This document shows, piece after piece, positions 8,839 to 16,321 of a DNA stretch of 61,640 nt. Below the pieces are notes generated by a model. The model saw nothing but the letters and a program-made list of their open reading frames with translations, ran no database searches and was not told the DNA's origin. Within the stretch, counting starts at the first letter, position 1. Every line of letters starts with the position of its first letter. The stretch lies in the IMG/VR virus record IMGVR_UViG_3300032326_000597, positions 1 to 61,640 of that record; one strand, written 5' to 3'. The translations under genes and the position numbers were made by a program. This DNA comes from a virus. Its lineage: Duplodnaviria; Caudoviricetes.

Positions 8839-9081
8839 TTATTGATTTTTAGATTGGTAAGCATATACGTCATTTAGTCCCGACAGCGAGCCAATTTCTA
8901 CGCCTATATCGTTGCCGTGGTTCAGCGCGTGCTGCAACATTAGCTGTCCTGTAATTAGCGATTCCGTGTCGTCTTCGTATAGCATGTAAATTGGCAGCGC
9001 GCCCAATGAGAATAGCTCTTTGGCTGAATCGGTGACAATTAGCCACACGAAGCCATCTTTTGTAATTTTTACGTTGTTCAT
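8839..9081 (-). CDS. hypothetical protein
   Basis: DGFVWL.V...Y.LY.DD.ESLI...IG.E.G family pattern. Confidence 0.75.
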   Translation of the reverse strand: MNNVKITKDGFVWLIVTDSAKELFSLGALPIYMLYEDDTESLITGQLMLQHALNHGNDIGVEIGSLSGLNDVYAYQSKNQ

Positions 9082-9086
9082 ATTGC

Positions 9087-9365
9087 TTAGTTGTTATTGA
9101 TTAATACTTTGCTGTCGTTTGTGCATTCGTACCACTCGCCATCGTGCTTCTCATACCACTCGCCTTCATCTTGCCAGTCCCACTCAGTATAGCAATAGGC
9201 CTCGTCGTCGTATGCCTCGTCGAGGTCGGCATATCCAATCTCAATCGCGTAGCGTTCGGCATCATCCTTCTCAATGAAGTACATTAGAGATTCTTCGAAT
9301 AGGAAACCCTCATTCATGCCTTCGTTAGTCGCGGAGCATATCCGCGCAAATCTTTCGTTGCTCAT
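9087..9365 (-). CDS. highly acidic aromatic-rich protein
   Basis: About 26 D/E versus 6 K/R by hand count. Confidence 0.75.
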   Translation of the reverse strand: MSNERFARICSATNEGMNEGFLFEESLMYFIEKDDAERYAIEIGYADLDEAYDDEAYCYTEWDWQDEGEWYEKHDGEWYECTNDSKVLINNN

Positions 9366-9374
9366 GGTCTTAAA

Positions 9375-9650
9375 TTATTTGATTATTGGTAAAATTTCGC
9401 TGACTAGCTGACGTCCGTATTTTTTCGAGCTCGCCTCGTCTATATAGTGTTTTTTGATTCGGCTGTATCTCGCGGTCTTTTTTGGAATGCTCGCGTACAC
9501 GATATATCCAGCCGTTTCTTCGTGATTCGTCCACACTTGCACCTGTAACTCGCTCGCGTAGTTTATGCCGCACAAATTCACTTTGGTTGGTTTGTAAAGG
9601 TCTAGCGATACATTGCCCAACGTAGTTTGGAAATTGAAATTCTGATACAT
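9375..9650 (-). CDS. hypothetical protein
   Basis: Likely start MYQNF after A-rich leader. Confidence 0.65.
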   Translation of the reverse strand: MYQNFNFQTTLGNVSLDLYKPTKVNLCGINYASELQVQVWTNHEETAGYIVYASIPKKTARYSRIKKHYIDEASSKKYGRQLVSEILPIIK

Positions 9651-9667
9651 TGCTTTTTTGTGTTTGG

Positions 9668-9835
9668 TTATACTTTTTTGATTATTTCGTATTTTGAGAA
9701 GGTCTGCTCTATCATTCGCCCGCGTTCGGGGTATATGAACCGAAGCAATAAACCCGACGGCGTTTCCTTGTAACCTTTGAACGTTCCTACTTTGCCGTTG
9801 GATAGTAGGCACTGCGTGTTGGTTGATAGTGTCAT
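9668..9835 (-). CDS. 55 aa hypothetical protein (not in ORF track)
   Basis: MTLSTNTQCLLSNGKVGTFKGYKETPSGLLLRFIYPERGRMIEQTFSKYEIIKKV fills the gap exactly. Confidence 0.6.
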   Translation of the reverse strand: MTLSTNTQCLLSNGKVGTFKGYKETPSGLLLRFIYPERGRMIEQTFSKYEIIKKV

Positions 9836-9840
9836 GGTGT

Positions 9841-10026
9841 TTAATAGTTTAGAAGGTCTCTTAAATCTCTTTTTGCGAACATTATTTGTTCCTGTATCAT
9901 GCTGAGTTGAAAACGCGTGCTGTTTACATTGCCTCCGTTGGTCATGAAGCTAGTTGTATACACTTCGCTGTGCTTTTTTTCTAGTGCTTTGATTTTGCGC
10001 TTTAGGGCTGAAATTTGCTTTTTCAT
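9841..10026 (-). CDS. coiled-coil hypothetical protein
   Basis: 61 aa, aacaacATG start. Confidence 0.7.
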   Translation of the reverse strand: MKKQISALKRKIKALEKKHSEVYTTSFMTNGGNVNSTRFQLSMIQEQIMFAKRDLRDLLNY

Positions 10027-10057
10027 GTTGTTGTTTTTTATTGTTGTTGAAATTTTA

Positions 10058-10103
10058 GAAACAGGGAGCGGAATCGAACCGCTCCTTGCACCATTGCCTG
10101 TTT
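10058..10103 (-). ncRNA. tRNA-like minihelix (acceptor stem plus T-arm only)
   Basis: AAACAGG-caatggtgcaag-GAGCGG TTCGATT CCGCTC-CCTGTTT. Confidence 0.65.
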
Positions 10104-10287
10104 AGCAGTCTCTATTTTCTAGCTCTTTTTCAATTAGCTCGATTTCCTTTTTAACCGCTTCTGAAAACGTGTCGCCGTCGTTAAATGCATGGCGATATGA
10201 ACCCGTGAGCATTTTGTTTATTTCGTTCATACATTCAAGGCGCTCGCACAATTCGAAATCGCTCATAATTTGATAAGTGTTTTTCAT
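10102..10287 (-). CDS. hypothetical protein
   Basis: 61 aa ORF. Confidence 0.7.
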   Translation of the reverse strand: MKNTYQIMSDFELCERLECMNEINKMLTGSYRHAFNDGDTFSEAVKKEIELIEKELENRDC

Positions 10288-10309
10288 ATTGCTGTTGTTA
10301 AGTGTTTGT

Positions 10310-10600
10310 TTAATACATTGAAGCTATCAGCTGCTCCGCTTCGCCGTAGCTTTCAAAAAATGTTTCTTCGCCGTCTTCGAAGTTGGTTACTAGATACTCA
10401 ACGCCGCGCCCTAACATTGAGCATATCGAAATGCCGTTTTCTAGTGCTATATATACATAGCCGCTGTTTGAATTAAAGCCGACATCCATAATTGATTCGC
10501 CCGCGCACTCGTCCGCGTATGCTTGAAAACAAACTGCGAGCCCTTGCGCTTCGCAAAATGCGATTGAATCGTTGATTCCGTGAATTTCTAAAGTGTTCAT
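10310..10600 (-). CDS. very acidic early protein
   Basis: About 16 D/E and 1 R; GFN.NSGYVY.ALE motif. Confidence 0.75.
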   Translation of the reverse strand: MNTLEIHGINDSIAFCEAQGLAVCFQAYADECAGESIMDVGFNSNSGYVYIALENGISICSMLGRGVEYLVTNFEDGEETFFESYGEAEQLIASMY

Positions 10601-10623
10601 GATGTTGAAATTTTAAGAGTTTA

Positions 10624-10905
10624 TTATTTTATGTATTGAAAAACTTTTTCCGCTGTGTAGTCGCTTTTGATACACTTGTAAACGTTGCTTCCTTCGTTTA
10701 TAAGTTGAAGTAGTTTAGCTGTTAGTTCTGAGCGCTTGTAACAGCCAAACAAGGCGAACGGGCTTGTGTGTCCCGCAATCATTCCAATAAAATATTGAAC
10801 TGCGCTTTTGTCGGCGTTGCGCTGGTTTGTTACATAAAGTGCGAATGCTTCGCGCACTTGTTGCGCTGTGTAGCTGTTTAGCTGTGTGAGGTTTTCGGGG
10901 GTCAT
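10624..10905 (-). CDS. first gene of the leftward early block, hypothetical
   Basis: 93 aa, A-rich leader. Confidence 0.65.
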   Translation of the reverse strand: MTPENLTQLNSYTAQQVREAFALYVTNQRNADKSAVQYFIGMIAGHTSPFALFGCYKRSELTAKLLQLINEGSNVYKCIKSDYTAEKVFQYIK

Positions 10906-11752
10906 TTTGTTTAATTTTCGGCTAAGGTAGTCTAATTTTTGTCTAAATCAATAGCTTAATGAAATTTAGAATGATTCTAAATAAGAACATTCTCATTTTC
11001 AGCGATTTAAGTGAAAAAAATTTTTTTTTGGGGCTCTTTTTTTGTATATTTACGAAGCCAAAATACCCGGAATGAACAGGTATTTTTTGACGAGTCCAAA
11101 CAGCCAAACGCGGGCAAATAGTCGAAAGCTTTGCTCGATTTTCACAAAGGTAAAAGAGACAGGAAACAAGGGAAGGAGGGAAGAAAGGAAGCAAGCCGAA
11201 AGGGTAACCCCTCACGCGGGCAAATTTGCAACGGACAGCCCAAACACATAAGAGAGAGTTAAGAGAATAAGTAAAGAGCAATAAAAGCACTCATGCGCGC
11301 ACACGCATTCGGCAAACTCAATTTGAGGTTACCCCAACAAAAGAAACCCCGCACCCGCACAACTGCAAGGAAGCCCAATAAAAGCGGGCAATCTACGCGG
11401 GCGGCATATATGGTCGGCGGGCTGTTTGCATGCCTTTAAACGGGCTGAAATGCCTATTTGGAATCATTCTAAATAAGAGTGTGCGGTCTGGATGTGAAAC
11501 AATATCTACCCCGCGCACCCCTCCAAACGGGCAAATACTGCATGAAATACCCCGAAAAGGTCTGGCATAAATACGCCACGCATGGGACGCGAAATATAAC
11601 GTGCTGACTATCAATGCAAAAGTGCGGTTCGCCCACGCGGTGGAGACAAAAGACCCGCGGCATGGACAGGGGTGGCAAGATAGGCACCCCACCCCGTTTG
11701 CCAAGTCGACTTCGGGTCGGGCAGGGGGCGGTGGCCGTGTGGGGGGTGACCC

Positions 11753-11877
11753 CAACCAATATGAGTTTATGAATTATTCACCCCCACCAGGATGAGTTTG
11801 TAAAACGCGTACTACAACCATGATGGGTTTATAGTTTATTACCCCCACTATGATGAGTTTACAACCAGCATGAGTTT
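11753..11877. repeat. five phased ~16-bp direct repeats, consensus CMACCAnnATGAGTTT
   Basis: ATGAGTTT cores at 11761, 11792, 11823 (ATGGGTTT), 11853, 11870. Confidence 0.85.
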
Positions 11878-11909
11878 TCAGAATTTGTTGGATATTTCAT
11901 AACTCCATG

Positions 11910-11917
11910 TATATTTG
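11910..11917 (+). promoter_or_regulatory. Bacteroidota -7 box
   Basis: TATATTTG upstream of ATG 11931. Confidence 0.6.
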
Positions 11918-11930
11918 TAAAAAAAAGGCT

Positions 11931-12269
11931 ATGTTATACGCTTCAGAGGAATATATGGACAACATGAATGGCATTAGTTACGTCAGTCAGTTTTTGAAGA
12001 AGAGAAAGAAGAAGGGCGAGGGTTCTAAGGACGAGGTTACTTGCGGAAGGGATGGCGATAAGGCTTGTGGTGAGGAGCGTGGTGAGGTTCGCCAGGGCGG
12101 AGATGTAAAGGAAGGCAAGACGTCGTCTGGTTCAAGTGGCGAGAAAAACGAGGTCTTGACTCAAAAGCAAGCAGCCAAGAGAAAGAAGGAGTTTGAGGAG
12201 TTTCGTGAGAAGGAGAAAAAAAGACTGGAGAAGAACTCTGCATTTCAAATAGACAGAAGCAAGGCATAA
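11931..12269 (+). CDS. K/E/G-rich low-complexity protein
   Basis: ORF downstream of promoter box. Confidence 0.65.
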   Translation: MLYASEEYMDNMNGISYVSQFLKKRKKKGEGSKDEVTCGRDGDKACGEERGEVRQGGDVKEGKTSSGSSGEKNEVLTQKQAAKRKKEFEEFREKEKKRLEKNSAFQIDRSKA

Positions 12270-12272
12270 GGC

Positions 12273-12392
12273 ATGGCAAAGTCACTAGGAAACGGTCAGA
12301 AGACCACGTTTGGCAAGCGCAAGGAGGGGAAGCCCTTTAAGCGTAAGTCGCCAATGGACAAGAATGTAAAACCATCAAGAGGACAGGGATGA
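12273..12392 (+). CDS. 39 aa basic protein (not in ORF track)
   Basis: MAKSLGNGQKTTFGKRKEGKPFKRKSPMDKNVKPSRGQG. Confidence 0.7.
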   Translation: MAKSLGNGQKTTFGKRKEGKPFKRKSPMDKNVKPSRGQG

Positions 12393-12544
12393 AAGCAAGG
12401 GCAGGACTATACGCAAACATTCACGCCAAACGCAAGCGAATAGCTGAGGGATCAGGCGAGAAGATGAGGAAGCCCGGAAGCAAGGGCGCACCTAAGTTGA
12501 AGGACTTCATCAAGTCCAAGCTGACTGCTAAAAAGAAAAAATAA
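12389..12544 (+). CDS. 51 aa basic protein (not in ORF track)
   Basis: MKARAGLYANIHAKRKRIAEGSGEKMRKPGSKGAP..., a recognisable phage family; ATGA-coupled. Confidence 0.8.
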   Translation: MKARAGLYANIHAKRKRIAEGSGEKMRKPGSKGAPKLKDFIKSKLTAKKKK

Positions 12545-12557
12545 AAAAAAATAAAAA

Positions 12558-12977
12558 ATGGTTAAGGCATATACACTGCAAGACAAGATTGTACAACAGG
12601 GGTTCAACGACTTCGAGTCGTTTGTTGGCCTGGTGTTTAAAAAAGATGACGGAGACTCGACTAAGCGGTCGTCTCTTAACGAGCTACAGGCGTCCGGTGC
12701 CACACAGATAAATGTCGGACAGGTTGCTGCCGCTATATGTGACGACAACAGTCTCTATGACACGTATGGGGTCACGGAGTTGATGTTGTCTGACCCAGAC
12801 GTTTCACCCGTCTTAAGCAGGGTGATGAACGCATGGGCTGCTGTTGGTAAGACGCAGTACGTTGTTATCAGGAGGCTTGACTCCTTCCCTGTAATCGACC
12901 CTTCGAGCCCGTTGGTTCCGGTGGCTGTCTGTTACAAGGTAGTTGTTGACGCGTACCTGGCACCTGTTGCACCATAA
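12558..12977 (+). CDS. hypothetical protein
   Basis: 139 aa, A-rich leader. Confidence 0.75.
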   Translation: MVKAYTLQDKIVQQGFNDFESFVGLVFKKDDGDSTKRSSLNELQASGATQINVGQVAAAICDDNSLYDTYGVTELMLSDPDVSPVLSRVMNAWAAVGKTQYVVIRRLDSFPVIDPSSPLVPVAVCYKVVVDAYLAPVAP

Positions 12978-13003
12978 AAAAGTAAAATCTTAATTCAATC
13001 AAT

Positions 13004-13111
13004 ATGAAAAAGACTCAAAACATGCCAGGTAAGCCAATGACGCCAAATCAAAAAAAGGCGTTGGCACTTAAAGAAAAGTCAAAGACTCCAATGCCAAAAT
13101 TTAAGAAGTAA
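13004..13111 (+). CDS. 35 aa K/P/M-rich basic protein (not in ORF track)
   Basis: MKKTQNMPGKPMTPNQKKALALKEKSKTPMPKFKK; TAATG-coupled to next gene. Confidence 0.6.
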   Translation: MKKTQNMPGKPMTPNQKKALALKEKSKTPMPKFKK

Positions 13112-13374
13112 TGGCAAAGACAGCGGCATGGCAACGTAAGGAGGGCAAGAACCCGGAAGGCGGACTAAACGCCAAGGGCCGTGCCTCGTATAAGCGTGAA
13201 ACCGGAGGCACACTGAAGCCCCCAGTGTCGGCCAAGCAGGCAAAGAAGTCTCCCAAGGCCGCTGCCCGAAGAAAGTCGTTCTGTGCAAGAATGAGCGGAA
13301 TGCCAGGCCCGATGAAGAAGCCTAATGGCAAGCCAACTCGGAAGGCGTTAGCCCTCCGCAAGTGGGACTGCTAG
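13111..13374 (+). CDS. DUF6321-like basic protein
   Basis: AWQRKEGKNP.GGLN.KGR...RRKSFCARM...ALRKW.C. Confidence 0.8.
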   Translation: MAKTAAWQRKEGKNPEGGLNAKGRASYKRETGGTLKPPVSAKQAKKSPKAAARRKSFCARMSGMPGPMKKPNGKPTRKALALRKWDC

Positions 13375-13416
13375 AAAAAACACGGTCTCGTGTGGGGGAC
13401 CGTTGTAGTTACGAAT

Positions 13417-13443
13417 AAAGCCGGGGTAATACCCGGTTTTTTT
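13417..13443. terminator. bidirectional intrinsic terminator
   Basis: aaagccgggg-taat-acccggttttttt between convergent operons. Confidence 0.8.
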
Positions 13444-13534
13444 ATTCGTCAGACTTTTCAACGATCCTAACGACGGCATACACCCCAAGATATAGGGCCA
13501 CCATGGCGATTGTTCCTTGGATAAAGGGATCCAT
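13442..13534 (-). CDS. 30 aa single-TM microprotein
   Basis: MDPFIQGTIAMVALYLGVYAVVRIVEKSDE. Confidence 0.6.
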   Translation of the reverse strand: MDPFIQGTIAMVALYLGVYAVVRIVEKSDE

Positions 13535-13629
13535 TACTTTCTGTCTGTTTTTCTAATCATTCGTACCCCTAGCCAGATCAGGGCGACATACATCGCAAGG
13601 GCTATTATACCGTATACAGAATTGTCCAT
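13534..13629 (-). CDS. 31 aa single-TM microprotein
   Basis: MDNSVYGIIALAMYVALIWLGVRMIRKTDRK; TAATG overlap. Confidence 0.6.
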   Translation of the reverse strand: MDNSVYGIIALAMYVALIWLGVRMIRKTDRK

Positions 13630-13721
13630 ATTAAAAGGATTATTGAGGTTGTCATGAAAATGTAATAACCAAGGATAAAGTAGTCTGGCTTTCGAAGCTC
13701 CCGATCGACCATTCGGAGCAT
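13605..13721 (-). CDS. 38 aa single-TM microprotein
   Basis: MLRMVDRELRKPDYFILGYYIFMTTSIILLIWTILYTV. Confidence 0.55.
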   Translation of the reverse strand: MLRMVDRELRKPDYFILGYYIFMTTSIILLIWTILYTV

Positions 13722-13726
13722 TTTTC

Positions 13727-13858
13727 TTACATTAGACTTACACATAGGATGAGGAGGTAATAAAATCCGACGCCGACGGCGATCATGATTAGGTAAGGTA
13801 AAAGGGTTTCAATTTCTTTGTTAGAAAGGATACCCAACAATTTGTTTTTTAGCTTCAT
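13727..13858 (-). CDS. 43 aa single-TM microprotein
   Basis: MKLKNKLLGILSNKEIETLLPYLIMIAVGVGFYYLLILCVSLM. Confidence 0.55.
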   Translation of the reverse strand: MKLKNKLLGILSNKEIETLLPYLIMIAVGVGFYYLLILCVSLM

Positions 13859-14156
13859 CTTCGTTATTGTTTGACCATAAATCTTTGGCTACATCAAGTA
13901 GCGAATTGAAGTTGTTTGACACGTATTGTGCCTCCACCTCGCAGCCCCATGGTGTTCCACTTGGACTAAGTAGCTCGTAGCTTACACCGGTTTCGGTGCT
14001 GTAGGTGTAGTAATCAACTTGTGCTTGGTAAATTGCAATGTGATCGGTTGGACCATTGTCGTGCCACCTTGAGATTGCATATACCTTCGACCCAATTGGG
14101 TAGGCTTGGAACGTCACTTGAGTTTGTGCGCCCTCTTGTGTTTTTGCTTTTTTCAT
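13821..14156 (-). CDS. hypothetical protein
   Basis: 111 aa, aaacgaaATG start. Confidence 0.75.
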   Translation of the reverse strand: MKKAKTQEGAQTQVTFQAYPIGSKVYAISRWHDNGPTDHIAIYQAQVDYYTYSTETGVSYELLSPSGTPWGCEVEAQYVSNNFNSLLDVAKDLWSNNNEDEAKKQIVGYPF

Positions 14157-14211
14157 TTCGTTTATTTCGTTTATTCTTGTAACAAAAAAGGTAAAAATTT
14201 GTTACAGTTAG

Positions 14212-14310
14212 TAGCCAGGGCAGGACTCGAACCTGTAAGTTTTTAGTTTAACGTCTAAAACACCTCGTAAGGCAAAAATTCCATTGCGTCTACCATTCCG
14301 CCACCTGACT
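14212..14310 (-). tRNA. tRNA-like element without a canonical anticodon arm
   Basis: AGTCAGG/CCTGGCT acceptor, GGCGGAATGGTAGACGC D-arm, GGTTCGAGTCC T-arm; central region forms unrelated hairpins. Confidence 0.65.
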
Positions 14311-14315
14311 ATGTT

Positions 14316-14390
14316 GAGGGTGAGAAGTCCTCTGTGTTGTGTCATAACTGGATGACCTACCAACTAATTCCTTTCTCAAGGGAACAACAC
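14316..14390 (-). ncRNA. structured RNA with a predicted kissing-loop pseudoknot
   Basis: GTGTTGT/ACAACAC, TTCC/GGAA, GTCAT/ATGAC and GAGG/CCTC stems; loops TGAGAA and TTCTCA are complementary. Confidence 0.6.
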
Positions 14391-14393
14391 TTT

Positions 14394-14479
14394 GTAGCTC
14401 GTCTTTCCGAGCTGTCACCCACTTTGAAGCCTCTAGGTTTTCGTTCCTGTCAGGGTGAGGCAATTAACCACATTGTGGC
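14394..14479 (-). ncRNA. structured RNA ending GTGACAGCTCGGAAAGACGAGC
   Basis: TCACCC/GGGTGA stem followed by GCTCG-GAAAGA-CGAGC hairpin. Confidence 0.5.
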
Positions 14480-14481
14480 TG

Positions 14482-14554
14482 TAGTCAGGACAGGATTCGA
14501 ACCTGTATCAATGCAGAGAGCGACTCCACAGCGTCACCGTTGCGCCACCTGACT
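14482..14554 (-). tRNA. tRNA-like element with aberrant anticodon loop (nominal CGC)
   Basis: AGTCAGG/CCTGACT acceptor, ACAGG TTCGAAT CCTGT T-arm; loop GTCGCTC lacks purine 37; no encoded CCA. Confidence 0.7.
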
Positions 14555-14633
14555 AATCAAAACTACCACGTAAGTGTGCTGTTCTAATGGGAAGCATCGT
14601 GGTATTTAGTCACAATTCTTCAAATTTATGAGA

Positions 14634-14960
14634 CTAAGCTTCATTCTTCCCCTCAACGCCACGCTTGATTCTGTTGGCGGTACGAGCGGTTTGCCAGTGA
14701 ATTGCTTCTTCGATCTTTGTAATCGTGAGCGCATTTTCACGGCATGGAAACGCTTCGTTCAAGCTTTCGAAAAGACACTTCACATACTCCAGCATATCAA
14801 CTACTTGTACGCCGTTCACACCAACCTCACCGATTGGATCCGACTGAATAGTAAAAGATACTACAGGAGCGATACCCTTTATATCTTCTTCGTTTTCAAT
14901 AAAAATAAAATCTTTTGCTTTTTCTGGCATCTTGTTCAATGCCTTGGTTACATGTCTCAT
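14634..14960 (-). CDS. tad1: Tad1/Acb2-family immune-signal sponge protein
   Basis: FTIQ..PI.E.GVNG, CRENA..ITK.EEA..W..RT..R..RGVEG signature. Confidence 0.8.
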   Translation of the reverse strand: MRHVTKALNKMPEKAKDFIFIENEEDIKGIAPVVSFTIQSDPIGEVGVNGVQVVDMLEYVKCLFESLNEAFPCRENALTITKIEEAIHWQTARTANRIKRGVEGKNEA

Positions 14961-14976
14961 ATTGGTTTGTTTTAAA

Positions 14977-15189
14977 TTACATTTTCATAATCTTTTTTAG
15001 ATAAAGCGCCAGATCAAGCGCCTCCTCGTATGCGTGTTGGATCCACTCCTTGTGACTTAGGTCATTTCTGTCCATTGTCTGCTTGTATTCCGAGTATCCC
15101 TTCTTCTCACGCATGATCATGTCTACAATCACCTCGTTGAGTAGTTCTGAGGCGTATTTTATCGGCTTATCGTCGCTTGTATGTCCCAT
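14977..15189 (-). CDS. MazG-like all-alpha NTP pyrophosphatase domain
   Basis: RE.KG..EY..T.DR.DL...EW..HA.EEALD..LYL. Confidence 0.6.
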   Translation of the reverse strand: MGHTSDDKPIKYASELLNEVIVDMIMREKKGYSEYKQTMDRNDLSHKEWIQHAYEEALDLALYLKKIMKM

Positions 15190-15347
15190 CGGTAGCTTAA
15201 CCAGTTTTGTTCTTTACCCATTAGTTTATCGAGCTTGAAGCAGTCGTTCAGAGCCTTTGTTTTGGCTTGTTCTGGACTCTTTGCTTTAGCTTTAGCGTTG
15301 TGGACCAGCTTGTCCCCATCCCAAATTGTGATCACGTAGTTATTCAT
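15159..15347 (-). CDS. hypothetical protein
   Basis: 62 aa overlapping operon member. Confidence 0.65.
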   Translation of the reverse strand: MNNYVITIWDGDKLVHNAKAKAKSPEQAKTKALNDCFKLDKLMGKEQNWLSYRWDIQATISR

Positions 15348-15534
15348 GTATTCCGTAGGTTGAGTTTACCCAAACCTTCACCTGGTCGCTTTCAAAGTGT
15401 CTGATATGACCGCCGTCGAGAAGCACAACTGTTATTTCGTCGTTTTCATACATCCCGCCGGGGTTAATGTACAGGATGTATCCGTCACCGAGTGGTGTTG
15501 TTACCGGGATCGGGTATGGAGGAAAGCTCATCAT
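15340..15534 (-). CDS. hypothetical protein
   Basis: PIPV.TPLGDG...Y...G...N...TV family pattern. Confidence 0.7.
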   Translation of the reverse strand: MMSFPPYPIPVTTPLGDGYILYINPGGMYENDEITVVLLDGGHIRHFESDQVKVWVNSTYGIHE

Positions 15535-16010
15535 TGCACAGGTTCAGTAGTTGTTGGATTTCCTGCTGCCTCATTTTCCTCAACGTCGGAAGGTTCTTCA
15601 TTATTATCTGCATCACCTCCATCTTCTTGCTCGGATGAGCTGTCTTCAGCTGTTCCGCCAGATACTCCGTCAGCGCTTGCTTGGTTCTTTTCATCTATTT
15701 GTCGTTTTATATCATCAACTCCGGTGTTTATCAAGGCCCAATACTCTACGGGCAGGGTTGCAAGGTTTTGAAGGGTGACTTCCATCAGTTCTACCGCGTT
15801 TAAATACGCCTCACCGCCCTGCACGTTCCCCAAAACGCCGTATATCGGCATCAGCTCACGTTCTAACTTGGCAACTAGGTTCTTTGAGTGCATCTTGAGG
15901 TCTTGTCGGAAGAACTTCAGCTCAACACATTCGTCGTGGCACTGCGCGTAGATTTGCTGTGCTGCTAATGCGGTCACTACCAACCGTCTTTTCTTTTCTT
16001 GTTCGTTCAT
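15531..16010 (-). CDS. hypothetical protein with acidic tail
   Basis: 159 aa; TATATTTG box at 16025-16032. Confidence 0.75.
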   Translation of the reverse strand: MNEQEKKRRLVVTALAAQQIYAQCHDECVELKFFRQDLKMHSKNLVAKLERELMPIYGVLGNVQGGEAYLNAVELMEVTLQNLATLPVEYWALINTGVDDIKRQIDEKNQASADGVSGGTAEDSSSEQEDGGDADNNEEPSDVEENEAAGNPTTTEPVQ

Positions 16011-16065
16011 TTCGTTTATTTGTGCAAATATATGCCACGCAAGTCAATTTGCAAGAAAATTAACA

Positions 16066-16320
16066 TTAATTTGCGCTAAATGTGAAGCTCATGTCGCTCA
16101 TGATTATGTCGTCCACCTCCTCCATCGACAATCCTACGATAAAATCATCCCCTCCGGAGCTTACCATGCATAGATTCTTGTAGTTTAGGTAAGGGCGGAC
16201 GTTATCAATGCTGTAGAAGATGGCTGCCTCACACTCAAACTTGTCTGGAGTCACCCCGACAAGGTCGGCAAGCCTCTTCTCGTCGTTGTCAATAACTATG
16301 GGAAGTATGACTCTCAGCAT
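16066..16320 (-). CDS. hypothetical protein
   Basis: 84 aa ORF. Confidence 0.7.
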   Translation of the reverse strand: MLRVILPIVIDNDEKRLADLVGVTPDKFECEAAIFYSIDNVRPYLNYKNLCMVSSGGDDFIVGLSMEEVDDIIMSDMSFTFSAN

Positions 16321-16321
16321 A

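Noticed and set aside
10943-11795. ORF-track calls in the divergent region
   Set aside because: They overlap on both strands, are low-complexity or Pro/Arg-rich, and lack A-rich leaders; the region is more likely non-coding.
11753-11877. Repeats as a mini CRISPR array
   Set aside because: Repeats are about 16 bp and degenerate, spacers are 15 bp or less and partly repeated, and there is no cas operon (4253-5248 is a stand-alone phage nuclease).
14482-14554. Functional tRNA-Ala(CGC)
   Set aside because: No G3:U70 alanine identity pair, pyrimidine at position 37 and a weak anticodon stem; kept only as tRNA-like.
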